A stretch of 64,000 bases of DNA from NCBI GenBank assembly GCA_030704615.1, contig CM060734.1, positions 51,832,001-51,896,000 on the forward strand. The letters run 5' to 3'. Under the pieces are notes generated by a model that was not told the DNA's origin, did no database searches, and saw only the letters and a list, made by a program, of their open reading frames with translations. The translations under genes were made by a program, and so were the position numbers. This stretch comes from Takakia lepidozioides (taxonomy: Eukaryota > Plantae > Bryophyta). Positions 1-12,280 of this stretch are shown here, one piece after another; within the stretch, counting starts at the first letter, position 1, and each line of letters begins with the position of its first letter.

Positions 1-370
1 GAGAGTTCAGCAAGGAGGGTGGCATCAGTCGAACAAATGAGCTTGACCAGCAAGAGAAATGAGAGGAAGCCTAGAAACGATGTCTTTACAGGTGCGAAAT
101 GGACTGTGCTTCTTTGTTTTGCAAATACACACTCTCCACTATCCAACCTGTTTTGGACTGCCTCATATGAGTTTCCGTTGCCGCACACTCATTTGTTCTA
201 TCCATGTGTAGTAACACCAAGGTGCACACCCTGGGCCCTTCAGGCTACTTTGTGTGCGGTGGTTGCAATGTACTGTGCCGCATATTGTTTTAGGGGGTCT
301 TCCTGGTGTGATGGTAAAGCTGAGAGACAATAATTGCATTGCATAATGAGGCTATCTCTGTTCCTACAGG

Positions 371-2011
371 TACATAAAGTTTGTTCTCATGGAAGAGAAA
401 TGCTTGGACAAACATCCTGATTTCGTGGACCTTTGGCTTGTCCCTGTTGGCAACCAGACCATGTTTACTACTGGGATCTTGCATGACTGGGGCCCAGATC
501 ATCTTTCTGCTTGTGGTTGGTATTTGGATTGCCCTCCTTATGAGACCCCATCTCAGGAGGTGTCTGAGCGTATAGCAGCCACCGCCGCAGCAGCCGACCT
601 TGACATTCATGATAGAAATTTGAGGACTCTTGCAGAGAAGGAGCCTCCCGCTCAGGATACCCTGGGTAGAGGTAGAAAGGCAAAGGGAAAAGATGTTGCT
701 GGTGGTGTGGGGAAAGGAAGGGGTAGGGGGAAGGGGGCACAAGGGCACGTAGGTGGGCAGGGAAGTGTTACAGATACTGGCCCTGTGGTGCATGTCCAGC
801 AAACTCCACCGCATGGTAGGGGATCCGGGAGAAAGAACAAGGGGGTGGTTGATCCCAAGGACCCGTACCATGCAGTGGAGTATCCCACGAGGGTCATTCG
901 CCCTACCAGATTGGAGATGGCCAACGTCGGGTTCCTTGCCATGATGGAGTCCAAGAAATCTGATTACAAGGGCGAGCCATCACCAGTGTGGGAGAGGATT
1001 GTGCGTGTTGTCTTTTGCTTTTGTCTATTGTGGGCATGGATCGTTTCAATCCTCTTGAGCATTCCATTGTATTCTTGTTTGCAGGCTAAAATGACCAAAT
1101 CCTGGGTGAACGGGAAGGAGAAGCCATATGCAGCCGAACTCATCATCTTGGACATCCCTGATGGGTTGCCAGTCCCGGATGTCCCTCCATCGGGTGCTTG
1201 TCCAGGTTGGAATGCTTTTGATGAGCGCTACTGCGGTTGGATTTTCTCCTTTTGCAATTTCTTTCTGTCTGATGCAGGTGTTTTGGTGCTCATCCAGTCC
1301 ATCGACCTTCGCTGTCGCCGTGCACTTGCCAGCTATTTGAAAGCCTCCGGTATGAGGGTCGTGAAGACATGGAATTGTGTGAACAACATGTACCTGACAA
1401 AGGGGGATCGTCCGGAAGAGATGGTAAATCTGCCTTCTTGTTCCTCTTCTTGGTGGTTCTCGGATGGAGTTGCATAGGTCGCTCAAACTCATATGTAGGG
1501 GCCTGGTTTTGAAGCTTCTTAGTCCCTTGTGGATGTCATGTTCAAAGACTCGTTTGTTGGAAGCTGTTTGTCTCGTCCGAGTGCATCCACCTACGACTCC
1601 GGCCGTCATTAGGGAGTTTGCCATCACTCATGGGGCCAAGTTCATAGACGAGAGGACAGATCCTCCCACGGATGATATGTACCACAACTACGTCGACAGC
1701 AACGTGTGCTTGCAAAGGGGGAATGGGGTTCCTTGGAGAGGGGCGAGGGAGAGGAGCCCGGCTTTCATTCAAACGATTGTGGAGTGCTGCACCTACACAG
1801 ATGCCAGAGTTCTGGATTTGTCAATGGGCATAGGTTCGTCTCTTCAACATTCACATTTCATGAGGTTTGTTTGAGCTTGCACTTTCAGCACTTCCCACCG
1901 TTCCAAATGTGTCTTCAATGTCTGTTTCCTTCATTCTATTCCATTGCAGGTGCTTCGTACCACGCTTGCAAGGCTAGTGCGCGACATCTGAGATTTACAA
2001 GAATCTCCTGA
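371..2011 (+). pseudogene. Intron-containing beta-class DNA amino-methyltransferase-like gene (N6_N4_Mtase-like); probably disabled, 5' end may lie outside the window
   Basis: Inferred exons 371-1000, 1085-1423, 1548-1833 and 1950-2011, with GT-AG introns that keep phase. The spliced product has a motif IV-like ELIILDIPDG, then motif X/I-like WRGARERSPAFIQTIVECCTYTDARVLDLSMGIG|ASYHACKASARH. The expected motif II acidic strand is missing and EIYKNLL continues in another frame, suggesting a small deletion. A GR/GK-rich tract lies upstream. Confidence 0.62.
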
Positions 2012-3736
2012 TAGGTTTGGGTGGCACACTTCTCAAGTCCTTCCAAAGCCCCTTCCCGGTGATATTGATACAGGGAAGACTTCCGACAAGGAGCTGGACT
2101 CCGACTTTGCCTGTGAGTAAGTTCAACCTATGGATGCTTGCATTGTTGTTTCAATATCCAGAATCTCTATTCTTGAGGCAAAGTGCACATGGGAGACATC
2201 CTCTTCGTTGGACTTGTGCATTGCATCATTGTGTTCAAAATGGGTTTTTGTCGACTTGTGCAGGAGTCCGCGTGCTTCTACTTACCCTCCAGGGCTATCA
2301 CACCTATTTGGACTTCTTTCAAGTCCTCCTCGGTCTTACGTGCTACCTGTCTATGCGGAGGCACTCGCAGCAAGCATGTCCATTCATGGCACTCGCAGTC
2401 CACCCATCGACGGCCGTGGTAGAAGACGTGGTGATGGGGCCAGAATCTTTGTGGATGACATAGCACAGGAGGTCGAGACTGATTCTGATGAGTGTGACAC
2501 TTGATATGAAGTTTTCTTTTGCTTTTATTCGGGGCCAAATTTGAAATGATGGTTGTGTGTCCTTGTTGTCCTGTTTGCAATGTGTGCGTGGGATGCAAAT
2601 TCATGGGAACAAACTATTGTTGGAGATGGGGGTTGCATGGACTGCCCGGATTGTTCCTTCAATCTATTTAGTGTTTTGCGGACCTCACAGGCTTGAGTGC
2701 ATTGCAAAAACAAACAAACAACTTTGGTTCGTGTAGAGCATTTTCACATCATTTGCACGTCGGTCTCCAAACCATTCCTGCTAGAAGAATGCTTGGTAAA
2801 TCCATCACGGTGAAGTCCACGTGATCAAAGAACGTTCAGGCATTCTCAAATCTGGTGAGCATCCATGATGCTCCCGCACATACCTGGCATGTTCGCAAGG
2901 GTGGTGAGTAAGAAAAGATTTCGCAGGGATCCGCTTTGGATGATGTCAGTGTGCACCTCCTCACGACGTACCCACATTCCAATGCAGGGGCTTGGTATGT
3001 TGATAACGTCTGGATGGATGCAATGGATAGAAAGGATGGATACAATGGATGTAACACATCCAGTCTGCATTCCCGGGAAATGGCTGATCAACCCACGGTA
3101 ATAGGTGACACCCGCGGAAATAGGCCTTGTATGCATGCTGACGTGGCGTGAGCCTGTGCTGGGCTCACAGGCTCACGTCTCCGGGCTCACGGAATAGCAC
3201 CCCCCGTCCTAGGGATACAATGTTGGCTTATAGTGAAAATCAACAAACCCAAACCCAACAGATCTCAGTCCAACCAGGAAGTGGTTAAGGTACCAAACTC
3301 AGTTTTGTCAATCAACACACTGGCACTCTTATGAGTACATATATTCTTTCAACACTTAAATCATTCACTGAGAACTTGAGCAACCAGACGTGCTATAATA
3401 CACAAGGCACACATGTACTGAAAGCACATGGTTGTTGAGTCTCACTTACCCGCCTATCGCTCCCAGCTGACATCCTTGAGACAGAGTATTCTTGTATGTC
3501 AGCCAACGTAGGGGGGCACCCGGTTTCTCTTTCCTACATATGAACCCACATAACAAACAATATGAAGCCAATGTGCAATTTGTACTCAATGGCTCAACCA
3601 TACAAAACCATAACAAAACCACTGAAGATAATGCAACGTCAAGATTGAACATCATGTCAGCAACAGAAATAATTTTATACTAAAGCTCAGCTCCAAAAAT
3701 GCTTGCTTGAAATACTAAACCATAAGCCAACCAACA

Positions 3737-4772
3737 TTAAAGATTGGCATTCATAGAATGTATTGAGAGGAGTACAGTGAGAAAGCTCATGAGGGTTCTT
3801 ACTAAGCGTGCCTCTATGCTGTCCTTCCCTCCCGGCCCGTTTTGGTGTGATTTTGAATGCATGCATTTGCTGTCTTCAAGTGGGTCTGCACTTTGGAGTA
3901 CTGTTCTGTACTCCAGTAGGAGATGAGGCTCTTCCAATGCTCATCAGACACGTCCATGGGTTTCCCCCCACCTTTCTGCCACTCCTTGTGCAAGTCATGC
4001 CGTCGGGACTTCATAATTGTGCCTATTGTGTTTCGCAACGCAAAATCACAAGTCACGTGGGACATATTCAAATACTTGGCCAAGATTTCTTTGAGCTCTT
4101 CAATGATCTCATCAGGGCTGATAGTTGATGGCTATAGAAGGATCACAGATACGAGAACGTGACCTTTGAGGGCCGCATGCCAAACATTTCTCGTTTGACC
4201 AACTGGTTTTCCTGCCTTGTTCACAACAACTACAGTTGCAGGAAGACCTTCTGCCTCTCTTTCTTCCTTCACTTTATATGTCGCGGCCTTCACAGCATAA
4301 TTTGCTCATCTCAAGGCATTGGTTCTGTCAGCCTTTGCTTGAACCACATCCCCTGCAGGTTGAACCGCTGGCACCTGTGCGGGAACGTTGAAGGGTTGAT
4401 TCGGCCAGCTACCCATTGGTGGCCATGGTGGTTGGGAACCACTCGAGGATCCATAGGGTCATATGGGACCTGTGCATACGGCGGAGGATATTCAGGTGGC
4501 CTGCCACCTCCATAAGGAGGAGGAGGTGGGCGATATGCAGGAGGAGCATAAGGGCCATAATGGCCAGCTGCATAATTGTGTTGGGGGCCGTTGCATACTG
4601 ACCCTCCACATTGCCAGTGGGTGGATGCTGGTTGGGAGCTGGGTACTGAGGCATGGAGCGATATTGAGAGCCTGGTACTGGTGGTTGAGTATGGAAAACC
4701 TGGGGGGAGTGAGGGCCGACTCCTGTGGCATTTTTCTGCTTCTGTTTTTGCTTGCCCTGGGTTTCCATACAT
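3737..4772 (-). pseudogene. CACTA accessory protein (TnpA / Ptta-En-Spm-like), frameshifted
   Basis: Pro-rich N-terminus, then GKPVGQTRNVWHAALKGH...DFALRNTIGTIMKSRRHDLHKEW...PMDVSDEHWKSLISYWSTE, resembling plant Transposase_24-type ORFs. Confidence 0.6.
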
Positions 4773-5559
4773 GAAACACAATGCCAAGTAAATCCAACTA
4801 CAAGGACCACACCATATCATGACTTAAAGGTGTCATAAAGTATAAACAGTACGCATGATTTGTACAGGTCTGATTACCCAAAAATCAGACAGATCTTGGC
4901 TAGAAAATCGGCCAAATTGGATTGGCTTCAATGATGTGCGCCCAAGACTTTTCCGACCCCTTTTATGTATGGGTTTTGCTTGAAATCCATACCAAACATG
5001 CAGTAGGGAGGGGCATACCTAAAAGCTGTGAGAAAAGATGGAATGTGCTCAACATACGAGACCTGCTGCTTACAAAGTTGTAAATAGTGCTATGGAATAT
5101 GGGGGCCACATGCACATGGGCAATGTGCAGCTCCTGCACTCAGAAAATGGATCTACTAGACACAAAGACTTGTGTCAGCACCTTACAAGCATAATATCGT
5201 AAAGACTAGAACAATATTAGTGACCATGGGAAAAGATACACTGGCTGATACAGCCTGCTCATGCTAATCTAGTGACCCACACACTCAGCTTCATTACAGT
5301 GTCACTACAGCAGTAAACCTTAGGACCAAGGTATGTACTGGCCTCACACATCTGCAACAACGTACAAACACATGAGGACTAAAAGAGAGCAGAGCCCATT
5401 GCTCTCAATGCTTAAGTAACTAGCACTGTAGTTACTAGTAACTATAGTGTCAAGAAGGATGACTCCAGTGTAATCTTGATGAGTTCTTTACAACCAAAAC
5501 TCCCACTCACTGAGTCAATCCTTCTGTGAAATAAAAAAAACGAAGAAATCACACACTTG

Positions 5560-8500
5560 TGAGACCAATCGGGCCTCTCATTCGCTGAAACTTCTCGGTC
5601 ATGAGCGCTTTCGTAAGGATATCAGCTCGCTAGTTTTCTGTGTTCACATAATTCATGTTGATAGTTCCAATCAGCTGGTGCTCTCGAATCAGATGGTACG
5701 AGATGTCAATGTGCTTTGTTCGGCGGTGGTACTCAGGATTGTGTACCAAAGGAATGGCAGACTGGTTGTCACAATGCAATGGGGTAGGTCCACCCTACAC
5801 ACAACCAATGGATCGGAGCAAACTGCGCATTCATATCACTTCTTTGGTGGCTGTGCTTGCAGCAATATACTCCGCTTCTGTTGTGCTGGTCGCCGTGCAG
5901 GCTTGTTTGCGGCTCATCCAAGCTATTGGTCCTCCATTGAGGAACAGTATGATGCCAGTCCTGGACTTACGGTCATCTAAGTCCCCGGCATATTCTGCAT
6001 CACTGTAGCATATCAGATGGTTGTCTTGAGCACTGTCAGGGCAAGATTTGGAACTCCTTTGAAGTATCTCATGATTCTGGAGACGGCTTGGCAATGTGTT
6101 TTCTTCGGGTCAGAGCTATACTTGGCAGAACTGCCTATAGCGTATGAGCTGTCTGGTCTAGTGCCGATGGAGGCGAACTGTAGGCTTCCAATGATCTCCT
6201 TGAATGGGAACTTGACCTGTACTTCTTCGTCTCTGCGGTTGTTTGGGTCTACAGGTATAGTCATGCATGACTCTCGTCATATCCATCCTTGTGCAACTTC
6301 TTCATGATATATCTGGTCTGATCAACCTTCAGAATCTTCTTGGGGTGGTCTCTTGTGATGTGTAATCCCACATAGACTTCGGCATCTCCTCTGTGATTTT
6401 GAAAGCTCCAGTCATATATTCGAGGATGTCATCGGCAGCTTTGGAACCTTCTGTGCATATGAGACCATCATCTACAAAAATCGTGAGGATGATGATCGGG
6501 TCAATGTCACTGTAATAGACACATGGGTCAGCAGGGCTGGCTACAAAACCGTAGGTCTTCAAGAACTCATCGAACCGCTTGTTCCACATACGGCTTGACT
6601 GCTTTAGCCCGTAAAGAGCTTTATGAGTTTGCATACAGCTTTAGGATTTTCTGCATTCTCAAAACCTAATGGCTGGCGCTCCATGTAGATTTCTTCCTCG
6701 ATGTTTCCATATAAGAACGTTGTTCGAATGTCAAACTGTGTGATATTCAGATCCTTCACGGCTGCAATGGATAGAACAGCTCTAATTGAATCAAACTTCG
6801 CTACTGGCGAGAATGTCTCGGTGTAATCAACTCCAGCTTTTTGGGAGTAGCCTCGTGCACAAAGCCTGGCCTTGAATCTGTCGACCTCCCCTTCTGCATT
6901 GTATTTTAATTTATAAACCCACTTGCAGGTGATCTTCTTTCTTCCAGGGGGCAGGTCTGTGAGTACCCAAGTCTCGTTCTCCATAAAGGAACAATACTCA
7001 TCATGCATCGCCTCCAGCCACTTTTATCTATCTTCAGAGTTCATAGCTTCATAGAAACTCTCGGGCTCTTCTTGTGTGCTGTTCTTGTATTTAGGGGCAG
7101 TCGCAGGATTGGGTGGATCAAAAGCGGCACATGTTGAGTCCACTGAAAGTCCATGGATTTTATTTTATTTTGTTGAGTCTATTGCTTTCACTTTATTTTT
7201 TATAGATAGATAGTAGTATACATTACATTTTTAGTAAAGAGTCCCTCCTCAAATATTGAAAACATTCTTTACTAGATATTTTAATCTTTAATTTGAAAAA
7301 ACATTTAGACGTCAAAATCTAAAGTTTACAACCACTTGTCCATATACCACCTGGCACCTCTAGATTATAGGTTTGTATGCCTTTTTAGTAAAAAGACAAC
7401 ACCTCAAAAACCCAAAACATAAGATGCTATGGACTAGAGCAAATCAACCTGTTTTTATGTGCAAAATAGTCCATAGCTCTCAATTCCTAAGATAATTAGT
7501 CCATATAAAAGTGGATTTGGGTTGGATTTAAAAATGGCACCCCTAGTGTGTTTTTCTTTGTGCCAGTGTATGAGTGTACATGATGTTTTTTCAGTCCATA
7601 AGATTTTATGTGTAACATCTGCACTCCACAGTAATCAACTTTAAAAGTCCATGGCTTTCTGGTACATGATTGTTTTTGCAATCTAACAATTGGTATACAT
7701 ACCTATTGTAGTTAGAAACCCTATACCATATAAATTTAGATGAAATATTGAGTTGTTGGACAAATATGGGTAAAACCATGGAGGGAGGTCACTGCAGAAT
7801 CTGCCATGTTACACAAAAACTGAGACACCCAATGCTGCAAATATCCTCAGCAATACATGCTCTTGTCTTCCAGGGTAGAACCAGTCACCATAGAGGTCTG
7901 GTTTCATTCTGATTCGAGGCCCTAGCTCCTCAGTAGTTGTCATATCATTCCCAGATGTCTGCCTTGTGGCTGGATTAAGAGCGCTCCCTACGGCTTCCAT
8001 TTGCTCAATGTGTGTGTCATCTGGGATCTCCCACTGGTTGACAAGCTGCTCGGGTTCTTGTGAGCTTGGCCTACTTCCTTCAGGTTGACTGTTACCCAAA
8101 GAAATGATCTCCTGGTTTTCTTCTGGTTCCGAAGCTGGCAATTGAATTTCCATTGCAGCAGGTACTTGCACTCCCACTGCCCTGCCATCGGTACTACTGG
8201 AGATGTGTCTTCATCAAACTCAATGACATGGCTGGCTACCCAGGCGTCTCTATCTGGAGACACTCCAGACATATTGTCTTCGTTGAACACAACATCGCGA
8301 CTTTCATGAATCTTTTGCTTATCATTCAGCCACACACGATATGCCTTACTAGTTGGACTATAGCCCATAAAGACTCCCTTCACACTTTTGGCATCTAACT
8401 TCTTTCGAAGTTCTCTCGGAACGTGAACGTATGCATCACAGCCAAAAACTCTCATATGGCTTACGGATGGCTTTTGCTTGGTCCATATTTCAAATGGTGT

Positions 8501-10095
8501 CGTTTCCTTCAAAGTGCGTGTTTCAGTGCGGTTGAGTGTATACACCGCTGTCTGGGCTGCTTCTCCCCAAAATCTTGGGTGCACTCCACTGTCATATATC
8601 ATGCTTCAAACTAATTCAACGATGGTTCTGTTCTCTCTTTCTGCAGCCCCGTTCTGTTCCGGTGTATATGTTGTTGTGAGTTCTTGCTTCAAACCAATGT
8701 CTGCAAGATAGGCTTTGAACTCTTTTCCAATGAATTCACCGCCTCTGTCTGATCTGAGCATCCCAACACTCTGTCCAGCCTCTCTGTTCATCAGTGCGAC
8801 ATAGTTCTTGAAGCATGTCAACACCTCTGACTTCTTTGAAATGCTGTATAGGACGCTGTAGGATGAGTGTTGTCGTCTGAAGATTATGAAATAGCTGGCC
8901 CCTCCCACTGACTTGATGCTGAAAGGGCCACAGAGGTCGGTGTGCACTATACCTCCTATCTGTGATGCTCTCACTCGTATCTCCTTCTTCAGAAAAGAAC
9001 TTCGCTTGGCCTTCCCGAAGACACATCTTTCACAGAACTTTGGCTCCTTCTTACTTGTCAGTATCAAGCCATCTACCACATCTTCCGCTGCCATGCGTTG
9101 TATCGTCTGACAGTTGACATGACAAAATCTTCGATGCCATACCTCAAGACTTGGTTGCTTCACCGTTTGTTTCTCCGACAAATGACCCACAGACATCGAA
9201 CAACCTCATTCTTGGTGTCTGCGATGTACACGTTGTGTTTCGGTGGCTGTGGGCTTATGTGCAAATACCACATATCATCAACTGCAGTACCTTGCATGAC
9301 AATCGCTCCATCATGAATCAGATAACATGCAGTCAAGGTATGCATGGTGGTGCAACCTGCTTTGATCGCTCTTCTAATCGAGAAGAGACTTCTCCCAAGG
9401 CAGGGAACGTGTAGGACATTTTTCAGCACTGACATGGGCCATGTTTCACCAATCTTGATGAGGACGTCAATGTCTCCAACTCCGGCTATTAGAAACTCGG
9501 AGTTGCCCACTCCATGAACCATCTCTTGATCCTTCGATGTGTCACGATAATTCTTGAACCACTCACCATGCTCAGTCATGTGTTGGGTGCATCCAGTGTC
9601 TGAGATCCATGCATCTCGATGCTCCTCCTTGGCCAGCTTGAGATTGGCCATCCATGCCTTGAAAGATCCACCGGGCTTTGGCTGTTCTTTCTTGCCTTTC
9701 TTCTCATTCTGACATTCTCTTGTCCAGTGTCTTGGTTCACCACAATTGTAGCAAACAGTAGTATCCTTCAACTTTTCAATCTCTGCCTTTCGTGCTTCTA
9801 TCTACTCCTGGGTCAAATATGGGCGGTTGGCTGTACCGCTCGACGTTGATCCACTTGTCTTTCCCTTTGTCTTGGCCACGAAAGCCTTCACTGCCTTTTC
9901 TTCAGACACCGGCTTCGATCTGCTCTCCTTGGTCAGAAGTTGAAGCGTCAAAATGTCAAGATCCTCTTCGTTGGACCTTCAGGGACGCTGTCCCAAGCTG
10001 ATCTGAAATGTTTTAAATGGGGTGGCAGGTTGAAGAAAATCAGCTATGTCCTTCCCTCCTCGATTTTGCATTTGAAAAAACTCTCCTGTAGCTGA
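5560..10095 (-). pseudogene. Copia gag-pol polyprotein (zinc knuckle, protease, GAG-pre-integrase, integrase, RT, RNase H), frameshifted
   Basis: CYNCGEPRHWTREC; AWISDTGCTQHM; WHRRFCH; VHTDLCGP, RSDRGGEF and PEQNGAAER; CKWVYKLK/KARLCARG; LYGLKQSSRMW; IFVDDGL; YSDAEYAGD...STTEAEYIA. Confidence 0.93.
7094..7846. mobile_element. Non-autonomous TIR element (PIF/Harbinger-like MITE) inserted in copia pol
   Basis: AT-rich non-coding insert with decayed TIRs (GCAGGATTGGGTG versus reverse complement GCAGCATTGGGTG) and TTA/TCA flanks. Removing it restores ...ACIAKYKNSTQEEPESFYEA. Confidence 0.6.
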
Positions 10096-10096
10096 T

Positions 10097-10188
10097 GGAT
10101 GCAGGACTGCATATTTTTAGATGAAATTGACCTCCCGCAGTCGGATGCAGGACTGCATATTTTTAGATGAAATTGACCTCCCGCAGTC
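10097..10188 (+). repeat. 46-bp tandem duplication at the copia/CACTA junction
   Basis: GGATGCAGGACTGCATATTTTTAGATGAAATTGACCTCCCGCAGTC occurs twice. Confidence 0.85.
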
Positions 10189-12280
10189 GTTCATACGACT
10201 GTAGTCATATGAATGATTATCTAAATAGTCGTCTGTATGACTACATGGCTCCGGAATGGGCGGAAGGCTGGTCAACGTCAATTGACCAGATTTAGCTCAC
10301 CATTCATAGTCATTTCCATGACTACAGTGTACATGGATGAGGTTACATAGTCATGATGACTACTGGGGATTTTGTAATTTGGTGTGTATAATACAATTAA
10401 AACACCATATGATCATTGAATGCTAATGGGTGTATTGGTTAACAGGTAGTGAACTAATAATTCTTATAGTAAGAGGTTGCAGGTTCAAACTCCTCTAAGT
10501 ACAATCAAATGGATAAAGATGGGCATGAGGGTTAGTAGGCAAGGCTATGGGATAGCAGTGGTACCCTAGATGGACTGCCACGTGGTTTTTCATTTATTAT
10601 AAAATGCATTATGTCCACGTGGCACAATGCGGTGCGACGTGGCGTTTGACATATGCTTTTAGTAGTTTTTTAGTTTTTAATTTAATTTAATTTTTTAAAT
10701 CATGCGCCTTGCCCACGGGGCGCAGCCGGCGGCTGTAGTATTGTCGCGCACCTCACTTCGGTAAGCTCCCCCCCTCAAGTCATAGTTACTCGCTTTGATG
10801 CGCGCGCCTGACTCCCAACCAGCCGCCGGCCAACTTGGAGCTTCGGCTGCTCACCGTGACATAACGGTCCCCTTTCGTTTCCTTCTAAAACCCTCCACCT
10901 AATTGGACTAGGAGAATTTCTCTTTGGGGATGGCAGTCCGGAACAACTCCCCCACTCTTGGTCGCTTTCCGGCTCGCTCGCTTACTCACTAGTTTTTGGT
11001 CACCAACGGGCTTGCAACCGTTTCTCGGGGTTACTCAACTCCCTATATATACTTCTGTGAGCTGTCCGCGGGGTTTCACAACCAGCCATGCCATTTTATG
11101 GCGAACCACCACGAAGACCCTCGCTTCCCGTGGGTGAATCGCGGTGAGTCTTGGCCCGCTCACCACGGCCCTATGGACCGTGATGAGTCCCAAGACTCCC
11201 CACGACTCCCACCACGAGGTCTCCGCCCCCATGTGGTCCTATGCCACCCCCACTAAGTCCCACATAAGCTACCACCACCCCTTGTGGAAGCCACCCCCAC
11301 CGCACCCCGTGTGCGGGGCTCCACTAGTGAGCGCCTCCGCTTCCTTGAGTGCCTTGGGCACTCAAGGGTGCCTCAGCCCCCATACCTATCGTTGCCACTG
11401 CCCCACCACAGGCAGCCCTCATGTGTCCGACCCCCTGCCCTCAAGGCAAGGGCCGCGACACACACACCCTACCAACAGGAGTCGATGTCCCTCATTGACT
11501 TGCCATTTTGTAGAAACGAACTTCCAGTTTGTGGCGTCCCACATCAAGGAGTTTTTCTTCTGTACCATGGCGTCCTATGGCAAAGATCAAAACCCTCACC
11601 TTGACTCTACTCTCCACTAGCTAGTTCGGCCAGACTCCTCCAAGTCCTGCCAAGGTGGGAGCCTCTCCAGCTCCGCCTCTCCAGCTCCCTCATGATGCCG
11701 TTTTGGCATCACCTTGAGCAAGGGTTCACCTGAACCCTCTTTGACTAGGAAGATAACCTTGAACTAACCGTGCGCCCCATCATACAATTGGGTCCGCTTG
11801 GAATGCTGGCCTGAGGTACGGGAACACGCCGAAGCCGCACTACGACTTCGTCCCGAGGCTACACGATTATAGTAACGTGAACGGAAGCACGTAGCTTCGC
11901 GTTAGCCCGCACTACAAGGCACCCCCTCGGTAGCGCAGTTATAGTACGCGCACGCGCCAGGTGCGCACTAGCACGTGAACTCCCAAAGAAGGCGCAAGTT
12001 TCCTTGCCCCTTGGATGGGGTCACCCGATTTCGGCACTGCGCAAACACACGATTAACCAATTTACCTCTCCCACTTTTGTAAGCTAGCATGCATTCTACA
12101 CACTAGCCAACCACACCATGCATCACCATTCCAAACACAATAGGGACGCACAATATTTGGAACCCATTTCCTTTATAACAAATTTTTGTACAATACAAGT
12201 TTTTGCAATCGGATTCCTGAGCTAGCTAAACCGGGCTAAGCATGCATTTCCTCCCCCACGCTCCAAGGTTGATGTCCCCA

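Noticed and set aside
10560-10741. Helitron 3' end (GCGCC...GGGGCGC hairpin, then GTAGT)
   Set aside because: Terminus is not CTRR and no matching 5' end was identified.
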